Source: a virus | Lineage: Duplodnaviria > Caudoviricetes | Strand: one strand, 5' to 3' | Virus record (IMG/VR): IMGVR_UViG_3300048855_000192 | Coordinates: 1-24,689 of that record | DNA length: 24,689 nucleotides | Shown here: positions 8,345 to 16,689 of the stretch, one piece after another | Position numbering within the stretch: position 1 is the stretch's first letter | Layout: each line of letters begins with the position of its first letter | The notes under the pieces: generated by a model | The model's input: the letters and a program-made list of their open reading frames with translations, nothing else | Databases searched by the model: none | What the model was told of the DNA's origin: nothing | Program-made: the position numbers and the translations under genes

Positions 8345-9679
8345 TTAGACGCGGCCGAGGTCGCCGTAGACCAGCGCGGCTTCGCGATAGATTGCCAGCG
8401 CCAGCCGCTCTTCTGCGCGGATGGTGACCTTGTTCTTCACGAAGTTGTCCTGGTCTTCGGTCGAGACTTCGACAGTCGCGTCCTGACGGTCGAAGATCTG
8501 CGCGGCGAGATCGAAGGCGCCGACCAGCGCCTTGTCGACGGTGACGGCCTGGGTCTCGACGACCGGGAGGCCCCACAGGCGCTTGTTGATCGTGCCCTGC
8601 GGGTCGCCGATCAGATAGCCGCCGGCGGTGTCCTTCGACATCTCGATGGCGGCCATGTCGATCGGGTTCATCACGATGCCGTTGGCCGGGTATTCGGCCA
8701 GTGCCACCTGCAGAATCATCAGGCGGACCACGTCGACCGGGGTCGTCGCGGAGAGACTGCCCGGGGCCGCGTAGGCGGTCGCCGCGGTGATGAGGCCGCG
8801 GAGGTTCTGGCCGGAGCCGGAGCCCGTGAGCAGCTGCACTTCTTCCTGGAAGGCCAGGCCGTAGCGCAGTCGCTGGTCGATGATCGAGCGCAGCGCCGGC
8901 GCATCCGCGAGGATCTGCACCGACGTGCGCATCCAGTGGGCGATGGTGCGAACCGTCGCCGTGGCTTCCTCGTACTGCAGTTCGGACTGCGGCTTGAGGG
9001 TGCCTTCGGCGACCGGCGCGGCGCTATTGGTGAACACCTTCTCCTTGTCGTATTCGATCGAGGAGGAGTTGGTGCTTCCCTGCGCCAGCAGCGCGCGGAT
9101 GGTCATACGCCGCTGCGGCAGGATGGTGCCGGCCACGCGCTGGGACTGCACCAACGTGCCGACCGAACCGGCGGCGTCCGTGGTGAGCGAGGTAATGTCC
9201 TTCACCTCGACGATGGCGCGGCCGCGCGGCCGGGTCTGGCCGGCGAAGGCCTTGAAGCCCTCGTCCTCGACGAAGCGCTCGCCGGCGGTCTGCGCACCGG
9301 CTTCGGAATGACCGCGGCGGGCCATCTTCTGCTCCATCTCGTCGAGCCGCGACTTGGCGTCGTTCATGCCGATGATGGCCTGGTCGGCAAGTTCTTTCGC
9401 GGTGTTGGCGAGCGGCAAACCCTTGGCGGCTTCGGCGAGCGCCTTCTCGGCGATCTCCTTGACGGCGTCGTGAGACTTTTGGAACTGCGACTTCACTTCG
9501 ATCGCGAGGTCTTCGATGGTCTTCTTGTCGAGCGCCGCGGCACCGGCGGCGTCCGCCATGAAGCCGATGCCCTGATGGGCAGAGGCATGATCGAAACCGC
9601 AAAGGACGGCGAGCGCAGCCACGGCAACGAGGCCGAGCAGACCGAGCACAAAGGTTCGGTTATTGGTGGTGTATTTCAT
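8345..9679 (-). CDS. Major capsid protein, HK97 fold, with delta domain and hydrophobic N-terminal extension
   Basis: VAEGTLKP, LLTGSGSG, IVMNPID, RLWGLPVV and AEERLAL motifs. Confidence 0.95.
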   Translation of the reverse strand: MKYTTNNRTFVLGLLGLVAVAALAVLCGFDHASAHQGIGFMADAAGAAALDKKTIEDLAIEVKSQFQKSHDAVKEIAEKALAEAAKGLPLANTAKELADQAIIGMNDAKSRLDEMEQKMARRGHSEAGAQTAGERFVEDEGFKAFAGQTRPRGRAIVEVKDITSLTTDAAGSVGTLVQSQRVAGTILPQRRMTIRALLAQGSTNSSSIEYDKEKVFTNSAAPVAEGTLKPQSELQYEEATATVRTIAHWMRTSVQILADAPALRSIIDQRLRYGLAFQEEVQLLTGSGSGQNLRGLITAATAYAAPGSLSATTPVDVVRLMILQVALAEYPANGIVMNPIDMAAIEMSKDTAGGYLIGDPQGTINKRLWGLPVVETQAVTVDKALVGAFDLAAQIFDRQDATVEVSTEDQDNFVKNKVTIRAEERLALAIYREAALVYGDLGRV

Positions 9680-9712
9680 CGTGATGCCCTTTCGGCGTGA
9701 TGATGGGAAGCG

Positions 9713-10393
9713 TCAGGAGGCCTTCAAGAGAGCTTGAAGGAATTCGGTAGCCGAGGCCGCGCCAGCAGGTTCCCCCTGCCCTTTCAGGTGGAGGCGCGCG
9801 GCGCGCTCCGCCTGCGAATTCGACAGGCCCAATCCCTTGAGCCACGTCTCGAACTCGCGTTCCGTCAGCCGGTCACCGGCCTTCAGACGTTCCATCAGGT
9901 CGTGCGCGGCCTTGGCCGCCTTGACACTCTGCACAACAGCATTCTCGTTGGCGCCGACCGACACCACGCTGATCTCGATCAGGTCCAGCTTGTCGAGGGT
10001 CCAGATGCTGGACTCGGTGTCGACGCTGTATTCCTTGATCCGATAACCGATCGACAGGCCGTCGATATCGCCGGCCTTCAACAGCGCCTGCGCTTCGCGG
10101 CCGCGCTGCACGTCCATGTTCAGCTTGCCTTTCAGCAGCAGCCCATGACTGTCTTCCTTGGCATCCAGCCACTTGCCGATCGGCTCGTCCGAATTGTGTT
10201 GCCAGAACAGCTTCGGCATCGTGCCTTTGGCCTTGTGCTCGGCCAGGCTCTCCTGGAATGCGCCTTCGGCAATGACATCGCCATAGGCATCCGGCTCGCC
10301 GCCGAAGGTGCTGCCGTAGCCCTCGAACTCTCCGCTTTCCTTGAGCGACTTGATCTCAAGAACCGGCGCTGTTTTCTTGTTCATATCGATCAC
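9713..10393 (-). CDS. HK97-family prohead protease
   Basis: FEGYGSTFG, LFWQH, GLSIGY and EISVVSVGAN motifs; start may instead be ATG 10384. Confidence 0.93.
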   Translation of the reverse strand: MIDMNKKTAPVLEIKSLKESGEFEGYGSTFGGEPDAYGDVIAEGAFQESLAEHKAKGTMPKLFWQHNSDEPIGKWLDAKEDSHGLLLKGKLNMDVQRGREAQALLKAGDIDGLSIGYRIKEYSVDTESSIWTLDKLDLIEISVVSVGANENAVVQSVKAAKAAHDLMERLKAGDRLTEREFETWLKGLGLSNSQAERAARLHLKGQGEPAGAASATEFLQALLKAS

Positions 10394-11692
10394 CTAGGCG
10401 GGTGGAGTTGCCGGCGCGCTTGATCCGCCGGTGTCGTCGGGCTTGGGCTTGATCGCATCGGCAAGCGGGATGTCCTGCATCTGCACGGTCACGACGTCGC
10501 CGCCGGCGATCGGCGGCAGATTCTCCAGGGCGCGGCATTCGTTGCGTGTCGCGATGCCCATGCGGATCGCCTTTTCGTAGGCGTTGTACCGGGCCTCGGT
10601 GTCACCGCGCAGCAGCGCATCAAAGTTGAATTCGATGGTGATGCCCTGAGCGCGGCGCTCGGCGAGCGGCACGAGTTGTTTCAGCAGCGATTGCTCAATG
10701 CGCTTGATGCGTTTGCGCAGCGTGAACTTCTGGAAGCCGAGAACATCGACCTCCTTGCCGGTGCCCCAGTTCGACGACTTGTCGCCGAACCCGACCATGC
10801 CCGGCGGGATACCGAAGATCCGGCAGATTTCCTCGCCGCTGAATTTGCGGCTTTCCAGCATCTGCGCGTCGACCGGGTTGATGGTGAGCTGTGACCAGGT
10901 CAGCCCGCCATCGAGCAGCATCGGCAGGCCCTGGCGGATGGAGCCCATGTATTTTTCGGCCAGATGCTTTTCGAGCGCATCGCGCTGCGGCTTGGTGAGC
11001 GTGACCTCCGGCTTGGTCGAAAGGATGCCGCTGGGATTGACGCCGTTCTCGAACATCGCGCTGGCTGCGCTGTCGGCGGCCATCGCGTCGTCGAATACGT
11101 TCCGGCAGATGGACAGCGTCGAGGTGCCGGACAGCGCGTCGCCGATCGGACCGCGAATGTGGAGAACGTCATCGCCCCGCTTGACCGAGCGAACTCCATT
11201 CTCCGTCCACTCGTATTGCAAGTCACCGTTGTCGAGGCGACGGACCTTCATCAGATCGGGCCGCACCGGGTGCAGCGCGTTCAGCACGCCGCCGCTGCGC
11301 TTCTCCATCACGGCATAGGCATTGCCGTAGAGCTCGATGCTGGCAGCCATCACCTCCCAGAAATCGACCGCCGTCTGATCGTAGTTCGGGCTGTCGTGAA
11401 GCACGAAGTAGAGCGGGTGATCCTTGGCCACGGTGCGGATGCCGTTGGCATCGGTGCGATAGACCATCAGCGGCAGCGACGAAATGGTACCGGCGATGAG
11501 CTGGACGCACGCCCATGTCGCCGACAGACCGATCGCCGCACTTGCATGCATCCCACGCGAGTCGCGATACTCGGCGACCGTCATCTGGTTGGTGACGAAG
11601 TTGTTGCCGTTCTGCTCCGAGACCTGCGACCCGCGCCACGGCTCGATGTCCTTGGCGCCGTCGAGGCGCAGCAAACGTGTCAGCCAGTTCAT
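10394..11692 (-). CDS. Portal protein, HK97 family
   Basis: WACVQLIAGTISSLPL, GNAY, EICRIFGIPP and TRNECRALENLPP motifs; ATG 11692 overlaps the terminase stop. Confidence 0.95.
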   Translation of the reverse strand: MNWLTRLLRLDGAKDIEPWRGSQVSEQNGNNFVTNQMTVAEYRDSRGMHASAAIGLSATWACVQLIAGTISSLPLMVYRTDANGIRTVAKDHPLYFVLHDSPNYDQTAVDFWEVMAASIELYGNAYAVMEKRSGGVLNALHPVRPDLMKVRRLDNGDLQYEWTENGVRSVKRGDDVLHIRGPIGDALSGTSTLSICRNVFDDAMAADSAASAMFENGVNPSGILSTKPEVTLTKPQRDALEKHLAEKYMGSIRQGLPMLLDGGLTWSQLTINPVDAQMLESRKFSGEEICRIFGIPPGMVGFGDKSSNWGTGKEVDVLGFQKFTLRKRIKRIEQSLLKQLVPLAERRAQGITIEFNFDALLRGDTEARYNAYEKAIRMGIATRNECRALENLPPIAGGDVVTVQMQDIPLADAIKPKPDDTGGSSAPATPPA

Positions 11693-13380
11693 GCGTAACT
11701 CGCGATCCAGGAGTCGGCATCGAAGCCCTGGGGATTCCAGCTCATCAAGATGGCCGCCTGGATCAGCGCGATCAGCGGGTCTATCTTCGCCGATCCTGAA
11801 ACCTGCTTGGTCACCATGACGGCGTTCCCGCTCCGGACGATTTTGGCGTTGCCCGCGCACCACGCCATCATGGCCTGGTCGCAGTGGGTGAAGGTGCCGT
11901 TGTCCAGCTTCAGCTCGAGTCCCCACACACCGGGTGCGAGAGCCGGGCCCTGGCGCAGGCGCTTGATCTGCTCCGGTTGCAGACCCGCTTCGTCCAAGGC
12001 TTCGAACATCGCCGCGGCGTTATTCGGATCGATGCCGAACGCGTCCTTTGGCGGCAGCTTTCCGGACGCAACGACCTTGGCGACGAACTGGGTAAACTTG
12101 GCCTGGCGGGTCGGCCCGTCAGCCGTCGTCAGCGAACCTTCGTCTTCAAATTCGGCAAGGTGGGCGGCGATGTCCTTGCGCCGCTCCGCGACCTTCGGAT
12201 CAGCGAAGGCGTGGCCCCATGCCATCCATTGCCGTGTCTTCCTTTGGCGGCCAATCACCGCCAGCGCCATCAAGTCGTCCAGCCCGCCGCCGTCGCCACC
12301 CATGGTGACCACGTCGCATTGCGCCAGGATGACTTCGAGCGTGAGCTGCGGGTCTCCGCGCGCTTCCCAAAACTCGGCACCACGCCAGCCGTCGTTTGAG
12401 ATACCGACGCCGATCTCGATGTTGAGATGCTGCGATACCCAGATCTGTTCGGCTTCGCGGTTGACCTTGCCGTTATTCTCGTAGTCGTCGGACAGCTTCT
12501 GCGGGTCGATCGACCGGCCGAGGTTGGGCAACAGCTGCGACCAATTGGCGACGTCGCGCCAGTAGTCCTGATCGCGCTGAAGCGCCTGCGGATATTCGTA
12601 CAGCACCGGCAGCATGATCGGGTTCTTGCCGCCGACGCCGTCCCGGATCGAGCGCGCCTTGAGCAGTTCGGTCTTCCAGATCCCCGCCGGCGCCTCGTCC
12701 GACTGGGTGGTGATCATCAGCACCTGGCCGCCCTGCATCGTGATGCCGCCGCCGCGGATCTGCTGCATCACCGCCGCGGCCTTGGCCTTCTTGCCGATCT
12801 CGTGCAGCTCGTCGATGATCGTCAGGATCGGAATTTCGCCGGTGACGATCGTCGTGTCGAACGTCTTCACGTTCAGCTGCGTTCCGGTCTTGATCCGCGA
12901 AATGCACTTCAGGTGGTCCTGCACCTTGAATATCTTGTCGAGCCGCGCGTCGAGCCGGATCATACCCTGCGCCTGCTCGAAGCACCGCTCCGAAATGTTC
13001 TGACTGGGCGCGACGATCAGCATCTGCTGGTTCGGCGCTTCCTCCATGAACAGCGCCGTGAGGCCGAGCGCCGCGACGTAGGTCGTCTTCGAATTCTTCT
13101 TCGGCACCATGCAGAGCAGCTCCCACACGAGCCGTCGCTTGGTCACCGGGTCCTCGCTGGTGAGGAACGCACAAAGGATATCGCGGAACCAGTCGCCGCA
13201 GGCTTCCGACAGCGCCGGATTGCCCGGCACATCCGGCAGCCGCAGCCGGTTGAAGAATGCCAGCGCCTTGGTCGCCTTCGCCTGGTTCAGCGGGACGCTA
13301 GCCATCGGCGTCTCGCGGCGCTGGATCTTCTCCCACCAGTCCGGGCAGGCGAACCGCGGCAGCGATTCAGTGGGTAACAT
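11689..13380 (-). CDS. Terminase large subunit
   Basis: Walker A-like VPKKNSKTT, Walker B IIDELH, ITTQ coupling motif, and nuclease GGDGGGLDDL and KIDP motifs. Confidence 0.95.
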   Translation of the reverse strand: MLPTESLPRFACPDWWEKIQRRETPMASVPLNQAKATKALAFFNRLRLPDVPGNPALSEACGDWFRDILCAFLTSEDPVTKRRLVWELLCMVPKKNSKTTYVAALGLTALFMEEAPNQQMLIVAPSQNISERCFEQAQGMIRLDARLDKIFKVQDHLKCISRIKTGTQLNVKTFDTTIVTGEIPILTIIDELHEIGKKAKAAAVMQQIRGGGITMQGGQVLMITTQSDEAPAGIWKTELLKARSIRDGVGGKNPIMLPVLYEYPQALQRDQDYWRDVANWSQLLPNLGRSIDPQKLSDDYENNGKVNREAEQIWVSQHLNIEIGVGISNDGWRGAEFWEARGDPQLTLEVILAQCDVVTMGGDGGGLDDLMALAVIGRQRKTRQWMAWGHAFADPKVAERRKDIAAHLAEFEDEGSLTTADGPTRQAKFTQFVAKVVASGKLPPKDAFGIDPNNAAAMFEALDEAGLQPEQIKRLRQGPALAPGVWGLELKLDNGTFTHCDQAMMAWCAGNAKIVRSGNAVMVTKQVSGSAKIDPLIALIQAAILMSWNPQGFDADSWIASYA

Positions 13381-13852
13381 TTTGGGCCGAGGCCTCTTGC
13401 TCCAGCTCGGCCATCAAATCTGCGTCGGCATCGGCGGCCTGCTGCTTGTCGACCACCTTCTTGCCGACGCGCTCTGGTGCAACTTTGTCGGCCGGCGGCG
13501 CCGACGCCATGAAGCGCTCGGCCTCCATTCGGTCGTTGCGCTCCATCAGCTTTCCAAATTCCTTGAGCGCCCCCACGTTGCCGCCCTCGGCCAGTTCCCA
13601 CGCCAGCTCTAGGCGGCGAAGTTCCAACCGGTCACGCGCGACCTGCTGCTGGCGCAGCTCATAAAAATAATACTTGTGCAGGGTCGGCAAAGTGACGCCG
13701 AGCGCGGTCGCTATCCGGATCGTCGACCACCCCAGCGCCAGCAACATGCTGACTCTGTTGCGAGTTCTGGCCGTGACCTCATGCACCGGCCGCCCGCGCT
13801 TCTTGGGCGCGTCGATCCATGGGTTGCCGAAGAGGTCAAAAATCGCATCCAC
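13367..13852 (-). CDS. Terminase small subunit (HTH)
   Basis: GTG 13852 with GGAG RBS; GRP motif, IATALGVTLPTLHKYY helix-turn-helix and GNVGA motif; directly upstream of the large subunit. Confidence 0.8.
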   Translation of the reverse strand: MDAIFDLFGNPWIDAPKKRGRPVHEVTARTRNRVSMLLALGWSTIRIATALGVTLPTLHKYYFYELRQQQVARDRLELRRLELAWELAEGGNVGALKEFGKLMERNDRMEAERFMASAPPADKVAPERVGKKVVDKQQAADADADLMAELEQEASAQNVTH

Positions 13853-13929
13853 GTAAATAAAATCTCCGAATGAGACCCAAGCCGGTCCGGGCTCCCTAAG
13901 GCCCCAGACTTTTGATACCCCCCCCTCCC
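13853..13929. other. Candidate cos/packaging region
   Basis: Intergenic stretch between HNH and small terminase containing a G run followed by TATCAAAAGT; usual cos position in HK97-like phages; exact cut site not identifiable. Confidence 0.45.
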
Positions 13930-14223
13930 TCAGTGCCAGACGCCGCGCTGGTGCAGCGTCGCCTGCTCGGCGCGCTGCTTGTCGACGTCGTGGCATCGTT
14001 TGCAGAGGGTCTGCAGGTTGTGCTCGTCCCAGAACAGGCGGGCATCGCCGCGGTGAGGGATGATGTGATCGCACACCAGCAGAGAGGTATTGCCTTCGAG
14101 CTTGCCGCATGCGCGGCACTGATACAGATCACGAAGGAAGATCGCGAGGCGAAGGGCTGCCCAACGGGCGGTCTTGTACCAAGCGCGCCACGCCGGTGCG
14201 GCCCTGCTCTGGCTTGACTGCAT
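13930..14223 (-). CDS. HNH endonuclease (HK97 gp74-like terminase cofactor)
   Basis: CxxC..DHIIPHRG..NLQTLCKRCH; adjacent to terminase genes. Confidence 0.92.
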   Translation of the reverse strand: MQSSQSRAAPAWRAWYKTARWAALRLAIFLRDLYQCRACGKLEGNTSLLVCDHIIPHRGDARLFWDEHNLQTLCKRCHDVDKQRAEQATLHQRGVWH

Positions 14224-14230
14224 ACCCTTG

Positions 14231-14273
14231 ATGAAAGAAGCCCGCTCCGGACAGTGACGAACGGAGCGGGCTT
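14231..14273 (-). terminator. Intrinsic terminator 2 of the late leader (3' end of the candidate sRNA)
   Basis: 12-bp stem AAGCCCGCTCCG/CGGAGCGGGCTT followed by CTTTCAT. Confidence 0.7.
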
Positions 14274-14312
14274 AAGTCTAGGGAGGAAACGCCCAAGAAA
14301 GGCAGCGACCGG
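14231..14312 (-). ncRNA. SuhB/MmgR (alpha-r8) family small RNA; 5' boundary approximate
   Basis: UUGGGCGUUUCCUCCCUAGACUU directly before a terminator; contains the family decamer UUUCCUCCCU (14280-14289). Confidence 0.7.
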
Positions 14313-14344
14313 GGTTCCAGCTCGACCGCATGCCCTACGCAAGC

Positions 14345-14369
14345 AAAAGCCCCGCACTGGGGCGGGGCT
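14345..14369 (-). terminator. Intrinsic terminator 1 downstream of the NusG paralogue
   Basis: AGCCCCGC-CCCAGT-GCGGGGCT followed by TTT. Confidence 0.75.
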
Positions 14370-14463
14370 GTGGATACGCTTCGCGCGGTCGCTTGCCTCT
14401 GAGGCTGAGCGATGCGCCGAGGGGCTTGGCCCTCTCACGAACCGTGCCAACATCCGTGGGATG

Positions 14464-15066
14464 CTAGACCGGTTCGATCTGCTCTTCGGTCACTTGGACC
14501 GGCTGCAGGCGTCCGAACATAGACATGAGAACACTGAGTCGCCCCTTGGAGTCCAGCCCTTCGAATCTTCCAGTGAAACCACGGAACGGTCCGTCGCTAA
14601 CTCTGACCTCGTCACCAGCCTTGAACAGCAGCGCTCGCTTGCTCCGCGGGACGTTCGCTAACTGAACGATGGTGAGAAGATTGTTGCACCATTCATCGTC
14701 AAGATAAGCTGTCCACGGGCCGAACTGCAGCAGGTCGATGACGCCTTCAGCTACATTTCTCAGGCCGCTTCCCCAGCAGATCTCACGCTCAGGCACAAAT
14801 ACAAGCCCAGGAAACACAGGAACGATGACGCGCCGCTGAACCTTGCGCTCCGAGTTGTTCCATCGCGAACGTTGCGTGATTGATTGATACTTCGGCATCA
14901 TCGGCAGGTAACCGTCGATGCCGTGCATCTTGAACGCCCGCATGATCTTGGCCTCACTGCCTGGGTGGATGCGATAGGCATAGAGCTTTTTCGGATCCAT
15001 GCTCGCCAACCAAAGCGGGAGCGCGATTGCATCGTTCAAAATTCCCGGAATGATATTCGGACCCAT
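14464..15066 (-). CDS. NusG/RfaH-family antitermination protein
   Basis: NGN-like PVFPGLVFV and KOW motif GDEVRVSDGPFRGFTG..MFGR; in the lambda Q position; TGATG-coupled to the rep gene. Confidence 0.9.
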   Translation of the reverse strand: MGPNIIPGILNDAIALPLWLASMDPKKLYAYRIHPGSEAKIMRAFKMHGIDGYLPMMPKYQSITQRSRWNNSERKVQRRVIVPVFPGLVFVPEREICWGSGLRNVAEGVIDLLQFGPWTAYLDDEWCNNLLTIVQLANVPRSKRALLFKAGDEVRVSDGPFRGFTGRFEGLDSKGRLSVLMSMFGRLQPVQVTEEQIEPV

Positions 15067-16166
15067 CACGCCTGCTCCTCCGCGCCCTCGACGTAGATTG
15101 AACCATCCTTCCGCGGCGGCCATGGCCATGGTGCCAAGGCGCCCTCGCTCAGCCGCCGACGCGTCGCCAGGGTGAGGTTCTCTTCGACGAAGGCCTCCCA
15201 AGCGCCGGCCTGCTGGCGATCAAGCTCAACCCATTCCTCACGCGGCATCGCTTGCGCCAGCGCGACCAGCCGCGGCGTGATGGGCTTGAGGTGGCGCACG
15301 GTGCCGTCGGGCCCGCGCATCACCGATCGGAGGAAATCAGTCGAACCCGCGATCCGATGCAGCGCGGTGATCGCCTTGGCTTCCGGCGTATCCGGGCCGT
15401 AGGTCGAACTCACCGGTTTTTCGGCCTCCGCCTTCGTGGCGAGCAGCGTCCAGCGTTTCTGCTCGAGGTAGGTCCAACCCGCCGGCACATGAGCGCGCTT
15501 GAGCCGCTTCAGGTCGGCTAGAAACGGCCCTATGCCATCGAGAGCCGCTTTGCGCTCGTCGTCAGACAGGCCTGCAGCGGCGTAGGCGGTTCGCTGTCGA
15601 TCGTCAGCTGCCGAGGTTGGCCATCGCGTTTCGAAATCGACGATGAACCTTGCTACCCCGTCTCGCGCGCCCGCGCCCGCATCTCTCTCAGGTTCAAGGG
15701 GGGGACGTTGTAAGGGGACGTTCTTGGTGCCCACGTATGTATGGGCACCCCGTGCCCGCTCTACGTGGGCACCCGGGTGCCCACTGGTGGGCAGGGGTGC
15801 CCGCTGGTGGGCACCCTTCCCCTCGGATTCCGATAAGGATTCGCTATCGTTCGCGGCGACGACTTCATCATCACGATCGAGCAAAACCCGATAGGCGAAC
15901 GACAGGCTGGGCTGCGTATCTTCATCGGCGTTCAGTTCGCGTCGCCGCTTCTGCACCCAGCCCGCTTCGTACAGCCGCTCGAGCGAGCGCTGCAGCGTGG
16001 CGCGTCCGCATTTGATCTCGCGCGCCATCTTGACCTGGCTGCGCCGGCACCAGCCAAGGTCGTCGATATGGCGGCCGAGCAGGCACAGCACCTGAAGATC
16101 GCGCGGCTCCAGCGTTTCGTCGGTGACGGCGCCGGCCGGGATAATAGAATAGCGGGGGCCGCTCAT
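15066..16166 (-). CDS. Replication initiator with N-terminal winged HTH
   Basis: SQVKMAREIKCGRATLQRSLERLYEAGWV HTH; internal iterons; position in the early operon. Confidence 0.8.
   Translation of the reverse strand: MSGPRYSIIPAGAVTDETLEPRDLQVLCLLGRHIDDLGWCRRSQVKMAREIKCGRATLQRSLERLYEAGWVQKRRRELNADEDTQPSLSFAYRVLLDRDDEVVAANDSESLSESEGKGAHQRAPLPTSGHPGAHVERARGAHTYVGTKNVPLQRPPLEPERDAGAGARDGVARFIVDFETRWPTSAADDRQRTAYAAAGLSDDERKAALDGIGPFLADLKRLKRAHVPAGWTYLEQKRWTLLATKAEAEKPVSSTYGPDTPEAKAITALHRIAGSTDFLRSVMRGPDGTVRHLKPITPRLVALAQAMPREEWVELDRQQAGAWEAFVEENLTLATRRRLSEGALAPWPWPPRKDGSIYVEGAEEQA
15726..15816. repeat. Iteron cluster (putative phage origin): four GTGCCC..GGGCA(C) inverted pairs
   Basis: Eight alternating half-sites within 91 bp inside the rep gene. 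Confidence 0.75.
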
Positions 16167-16405
16167 GATATTTCCGATGTGGTGACAGGAATCTGGACGC
16201 AGGAGGCAACGAAGGGATCGCAGGGCGGCGTGGCGGCGCAGACGATCCGCTCGCCATCGCGCCAGAAGTCAGTCCAGTGCCGGGCGCGGCCGGCTTCCAC
16301 CTGGTGGTGACCGACCTTCGTGATGCCGCAGCCGTTCAGGCAGGTTCGCTCGGTCTTGTGCGGGAAGCGCGCAGGCTCGCCCCAGCGATGGCGGGCACTG
16401 GTCAT
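16163..16405 (-). CDS. Small Cys/His-rich hypothetical protein
   Basis: MTSARHRWG..CLNGCG..PPC; ATGA overlaps on both sides. Confidence 0.7.
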   Translation of the reverse strand: MTSARHRWGEPARFPHKTERTCLNGCGITKVGHHQVEAGRARHWTDFWRDGERIVCAATPPCDPFVASCVQIPVTTSEIS

Positions 16406-16689
16406 GCGATCTCCGGCGGCAGAAGGAGGCGCTCGACGATGCGCGGCGTCGCCATGCGCTCCAGGGCTCCGCGCTCGACGGCGAGGTTGAGCCGGTCGAG
16501 CCATATCTGCGGCATCATCTTGATCACGCGCGGCTCGCCGGCCAGGTTTATGATCACCTCCTGCAATTCGCCAAGCGCAGCACCTTCCAGCACCAGCCGA
16601 CAGATCACATCAGCGACCTTGTCGCCCGGAAAACCGCCGCGCGCGAGCACCGTCAACAGCGGCATGGGAATCGTGCCGGGCACCGTCAC
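16402..16689 (-). CDS. Hypothetical phage protein
   Basis: GGAGGGG RBS; translationally coupled on both sides. Confidence 0.7.
   Translation of the reverse strand: MTVPGTIPMPLLTVLARGGFPGDKVADVICRLVLEGAALGELQEVIINLAGEPRVIKMMPQIWLDRLNLAVERGALERMATPRIVERLLLPPEIA

Noticed and set aside
9595-9615. Lipoprotein lipobox in the capsid N-terminus (AVLC)
   Set aside because: The residue before Cys is Leu, not G/A/S
8054-9700. Long plus-strand ORFs opposite structural genes (e.g. 8054-9700, 1861-2814, 12427-13377)
   Set aside because: Antisense shadows of real high-GC genes, with no recognisable motifs
11693-11926. N-terminal extensions in the ORF track for portal, small terminase, NusG, cI, porin and integrase
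   Set aside because: They overlap neighbouring genes or control regions; downstream starts have an RBS, stop-start coupling or better promoter spacing
13080-13110. Terminase Walker A (PKKNSKT) taken as an inactivating change
   Set aside because: Lys-Thr, Walker B and nuclease motifs are intact, with no sign of gene decay
14435-14450. Sigma-54-like element TTGGCACGGTTCGTGA after the nusG paralogue
   Set aside because: The -24 box is good but the -12 reads GTGA rather than TTGC, lacking the conserved GC; too weak to call
15726-15816. Repeats considered as a CRISPR array
   Set aside because: Units and spacers are far too short, they lie inside a gene, and there are no cas genes
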